Shown here piece after piece: positions 60,497 through 64,000 of a DNA stretch of 64,000 bases (its first letter is position 1; the number at the start of each line of letters is the position of its first letter). Source of the DNA: Mizuhopecten yessoensis. Its lineage: Eukaryota. Below the pieces are notes generated by a model. That model worked only from the letters and a program-made list of their open reading frames with translations. It ran no database searches and was not told the origin of the DNA. The DNA is taken from positions 5,200,258 to 5,264,257 of the forward strand of contig NW_018404492.1 of assembly GCF_002113885.1 (NCBI RefSeq), written 5' to 3'. The position numbers and the translations under genes were made by a program.

Positions 60497-61153
60497 CATT
60501 AATTAACCAAGAAACGGAGAATATTCACTGTAATGCATTTTCACTTTATAAAATATGTATCTGTACGACAGTGCAGACAATTTTTTGTCAAATGTTCAGG
60601 GCGATATCCGCCCCATTATCTTATATCAGTTTTACACTATGATTTTGTTTTCTTTGTAAATAATTCCACAGGAGCCTACAATTCTGTCAAAATTTAACAA
60701 TGACAGTAACACAAAAATATACCTATAATATGCATATTATAGTATTTTTTCTATTACTGTTCTTGTTAATTTTAATTCATAAAGCCATACCTATGAGAAG
60801 ATATGTCATTAATATCATTTCATGATGTGCGGGATCGACATTACTCCGTGTACAACTTGTAAGTTAAGTTGGCTAGGGACCGTAACATAAATCATCCGCT
60901 GTGATCTTGAAATAATCGAATGCGCCCCACTCTTGTTGATCGGAAGTCTTCTAGGACTTTCATAATTATACACTGGGTCATTCGGAAGGATGCTCTGGCT
61001 CCATTTTTTCCGCGAATTCTCACTGCGCAAACGTTAGAGATGCTGAAAATGTAACTTCCGGGAAGATGAAGATGGTTGTTGATTTTTTTTGGAAGGGAGC
61101 AAAATGATATGTAAGGGATTTTTGAAGACGTGAATCTATCTCTCACCCTCAAA

Positions 61154-61412
61154 ATGGGTAAATTGAAGTGTTTTGAGATAATCATGTCGGAAAACAAAAC
61201 AGTTTTCCATCCCGGTGAAAAGGTAGTCGGGAAGGTTGTGGTCGAGTTGAAAGGCGATATGAAGATGAGATCTTTGCGAATTTTTATGAGAGGTGTCGCC
61301 AAGGTGCATTGGACTGAAAGTCGAAGTACAGGCAGTCGACTGGGCTCCTACACAGAGCATTACAATGCAGAGGTCGAGTACTTCTTCAAAAGACAGGTGC
61401 TTTTCGGTGGAG
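61154..61412 (+). CDS. Alpha-arrestin (arrestin domain-containing, ARRDC-like), first coding exon; gene continues beyond the window
   Basis: MGKLKCFEIIMSENKTVFHPGEKVVGKVVVEL...FMRGVAKVHWTE...YNAEVEYF is a typical Arrestin_N start. Phase-1 donor G|GTGGGT. Confidence 0.9.
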
Positions 61413-61718
61413 GTGGGTATCAACAGTAAAGAACCAACTGCAATCTGATATGCATAGCAGCTGAGTTTGTATCTAATTGAGTAACACTTACATTTTATAT
61501 ATAGTTGCAGATATGTTTAATAAAATTTATTGTTGAGACACCTTTCGTAATTAAGTATAACATAAAAAAAACCTGAAAAAATGCTTTTGAGATTTATGGA
61601 ATTTGGATGATTTTTAAGTTTTCGTTTAAAAGTTAGATATTTACAGTTCTTTACTGCAGTAACTGTATAACTTATAAAAGGAGTCATTATGTTTACAAAC
61701 AAAATGTCCAGATGTGGT

Positions 61719-62145
61719 CAGGTCGGGGAAAACCACTAACTTGCGTATAATACGCAAACTCGCCTATTATAAGCCACTAGGGGTATGGATTTGTTACTAA
61801 AAATAGCCAAAATCACTTTAATCTTAACTTTTTCAAATTGTTTGTCCAAGTCCCATTTATTCAGTCATGAAACTTAATATAAATGCAAAAATAAACTTTA
61901 TTTGCATGTGGGAAAGTACCAAAAATAGATGCAATACTTCCGGTAAAGTTGCATAAAGTTTCTAAGTAGCCAACGCTTTCAGTAAACATCTTTTAGCAAA
62001 ATATTATTTACCTGTCATAAATTAATGCGATTTTCAATAATATCTTGCAAAAGTTACTGTTAAAGCGATTTGGGTTATTTTTAGTAACAAATCCATACTC
62101 CAACTTGCGTAAATTATATGCAAGTTGGTGGTTTTCCTCAACCTG
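61719..62145 (-). mobile_element. Second copy of the CAGGTCGGGGAAAACCAC MITE, in arrestin intron 1
   Basis: Full-length reverse-complement homology to 8189-8608. Confidence 0.8.
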
Positions 62146-64000
62146 ATAAAGTGTATCCCAGGTGGGTAGTGAAGGCACTCCTTATCAATGTAAGATAGTG
62201 ATTAAAAAAAAGTTATAATATGTTTTAAAAGAAATAAAGGGTATATTAACTTTTAATGATGCAGATAGTTTAGTAACAAAGCCAACTGCACTTAGATTGT
62301 GTCTGTTATGCATTGTTTAAAAGTGTAGTAAATGAAAGCAATTGAACAGATCCAAGAAGGAAAGGAAAGGAAAGGGAAAGCATTTTATAAAGCATACAGA
62401 TAAAGTTTACAGTACATCATATGCCTGCATTAAGAGAGACAATAAAACAAATGAGGATGAGGGAAAAATAGCATAGATAAGGAAAAAAGGAAAGGAAAAG
62501 GAGGAAGTTTTTAAGATGTGTATACCATCACAGTTTTTAATATGTACATGTACACTGTAATATAACATTCCTTTAATTATCACATTGCCCCCCCCCCCCC
62601 CCCCCCCCCCCCAAAGGATATATATATATAACGGTGTACAGGTATACTATCTTGCTCAAGTTACTTAATTTCCTAAACAAAACTGAGATACCAATAACCA
62701 TAAGGATTCGAGGTATCTTTTTATCCCATATTAAAGGCTTTTCTAAAGAGATTTTTATGTTTTACCTCCAACCTCTATGGATGTATGATACATACACATG
62801 TCCCATGTTGGATATATATATGCGTATCCCACATTGGTGCACTCGGTGACCTGTACTTTTATGCAATCAAAATCAGATGACAGCGTATTAAGTCACTATT
62901 GAAAACACATTGAAACACTGTTTGGCTGACTGTGGCAATCTTACTATCACCAAGTGACACGCCCTCAAAGCAAAATAATTGTTGTGTTTAATAAGCAAGC
63001 CCTGAAGGTCTTGTATGAATCTTTCAAATTTGAGATATATCTACAGTCAACTATACTTTTTTCTGCACTTTCTAAATATGGTTATCTAAAACTTTTGCTA
63101 TAATTAGTGCTGCATTTGCGTTTTACTAAAGCTTCAGTAATGAGGTGAGAGAAACAAGGAAATCGTTCTGTGGGATATGGATATTCTCTTCTTGGGTACA
63201 GAATTTTGGTACTAGAGCCTCAAAGCTGAGGTTCTGAAACTGAATTCTGCACCCAATGGTAGAACATTCACAGGGATTAATGCAGGAATAGAAATTTAGT
63301 ACCCTTTTTTGAAACAGGAGAAAATATGCACTGTAGGTGTATGACCTGTCCAGCGAGGGCTACAGGCCAGAGCCAGGGGGAGAGTACAAGAGGGGGGGGG
63401 GGGGCATGGATGACATCTTTAATTTATTTATGTTTCTCGCTGTGTTCACTATAGACTATGAAATATATATATCAGCAGTGACAATTAACAACAACACAGG
63501 GAAAATGAAATAAATTACTCAATTGTGGAACTGATGGAAAATTAAAAAATATAGAACCAAGACAGTTATTCATGTGGTAGTATTTCAGTTACAAGTGGGG
63601 GAATTTAAATAGGGGAAAATAATGCCAAAATTGGAGAGGGGACCGGAACTGGCCCATAATCGACTGTAAAAAAGGCCTGTGCATATATCCATGAGCTACC
63701 CTCCATGATGGTTGGCCAGATGTACATGTGCAGGCAGTATATATAACTTTAAAAAATCCATTTCCTTCAGTCTGAAGAATATAGTAAAAGGAATTAATTT
63801 TTCATAAAAATGTTTTATATCACTAGCATATTTCCATTTATTGGTAAATAGTTTATCAATGACAAAAAAAATGAATATCCCTGCTTTTATCTGAGAGTTT
63901 TTTGTGAGGAACAATTTCATTTTACATCATTGTATAAATTATTGTTTGTCAATTGCTATGTGACAATTATATATAGCTACAGTGTTGTAATCTACTTGTT

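Overview
AT-rich animal genomic DNA with introns and two assembly gaps. The SINE, HINE and MITE content points to a bivalve mollusc (inference). Five protein-coding genes were rebuilt by hand from GT-AG splice sites with consistent phase. (1) ADPGK, minus strand, 5 exons, 478 aa. (2) Metaxin-1, plus strand, 8 exons, 325 aa, head-to-head with ADPGK. (3) A 4-exon MEMO/LigB-fold gene (TTE1956-like) with a signal peptide, plus strand, 313 aa. (4) A complete MALT1 paracaspase, minus strand, about 17 coding exons including 15-nt and 23-nt microexons, about 825 aa. (5) The first exon of an alpha-arrestin (ARRDC-like), plus strand. Between them are a decayed CR1/L2-type LINE, a rearranged RLE-type retrotransposon, tRNA-derived SINEs with TSDs, Helentron-like HINEs carrying tandem repeats, many MITEs and minisatellites. 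The most notable observations are: six 23-36 bp palindromes with CANRG ends and 7-bp TSDs that look like P-element excision footprints clustered near promoters; a ~19-copy tandem array built from the MALT1 C-terminal TRAF6-binding motif plus stop codon, with a second PxExxD motif in frame just after the stop; two frame-compatible splicing routes into the MALT1 caspase exon; and an apparently secreted MEMO-like metalloprotein.
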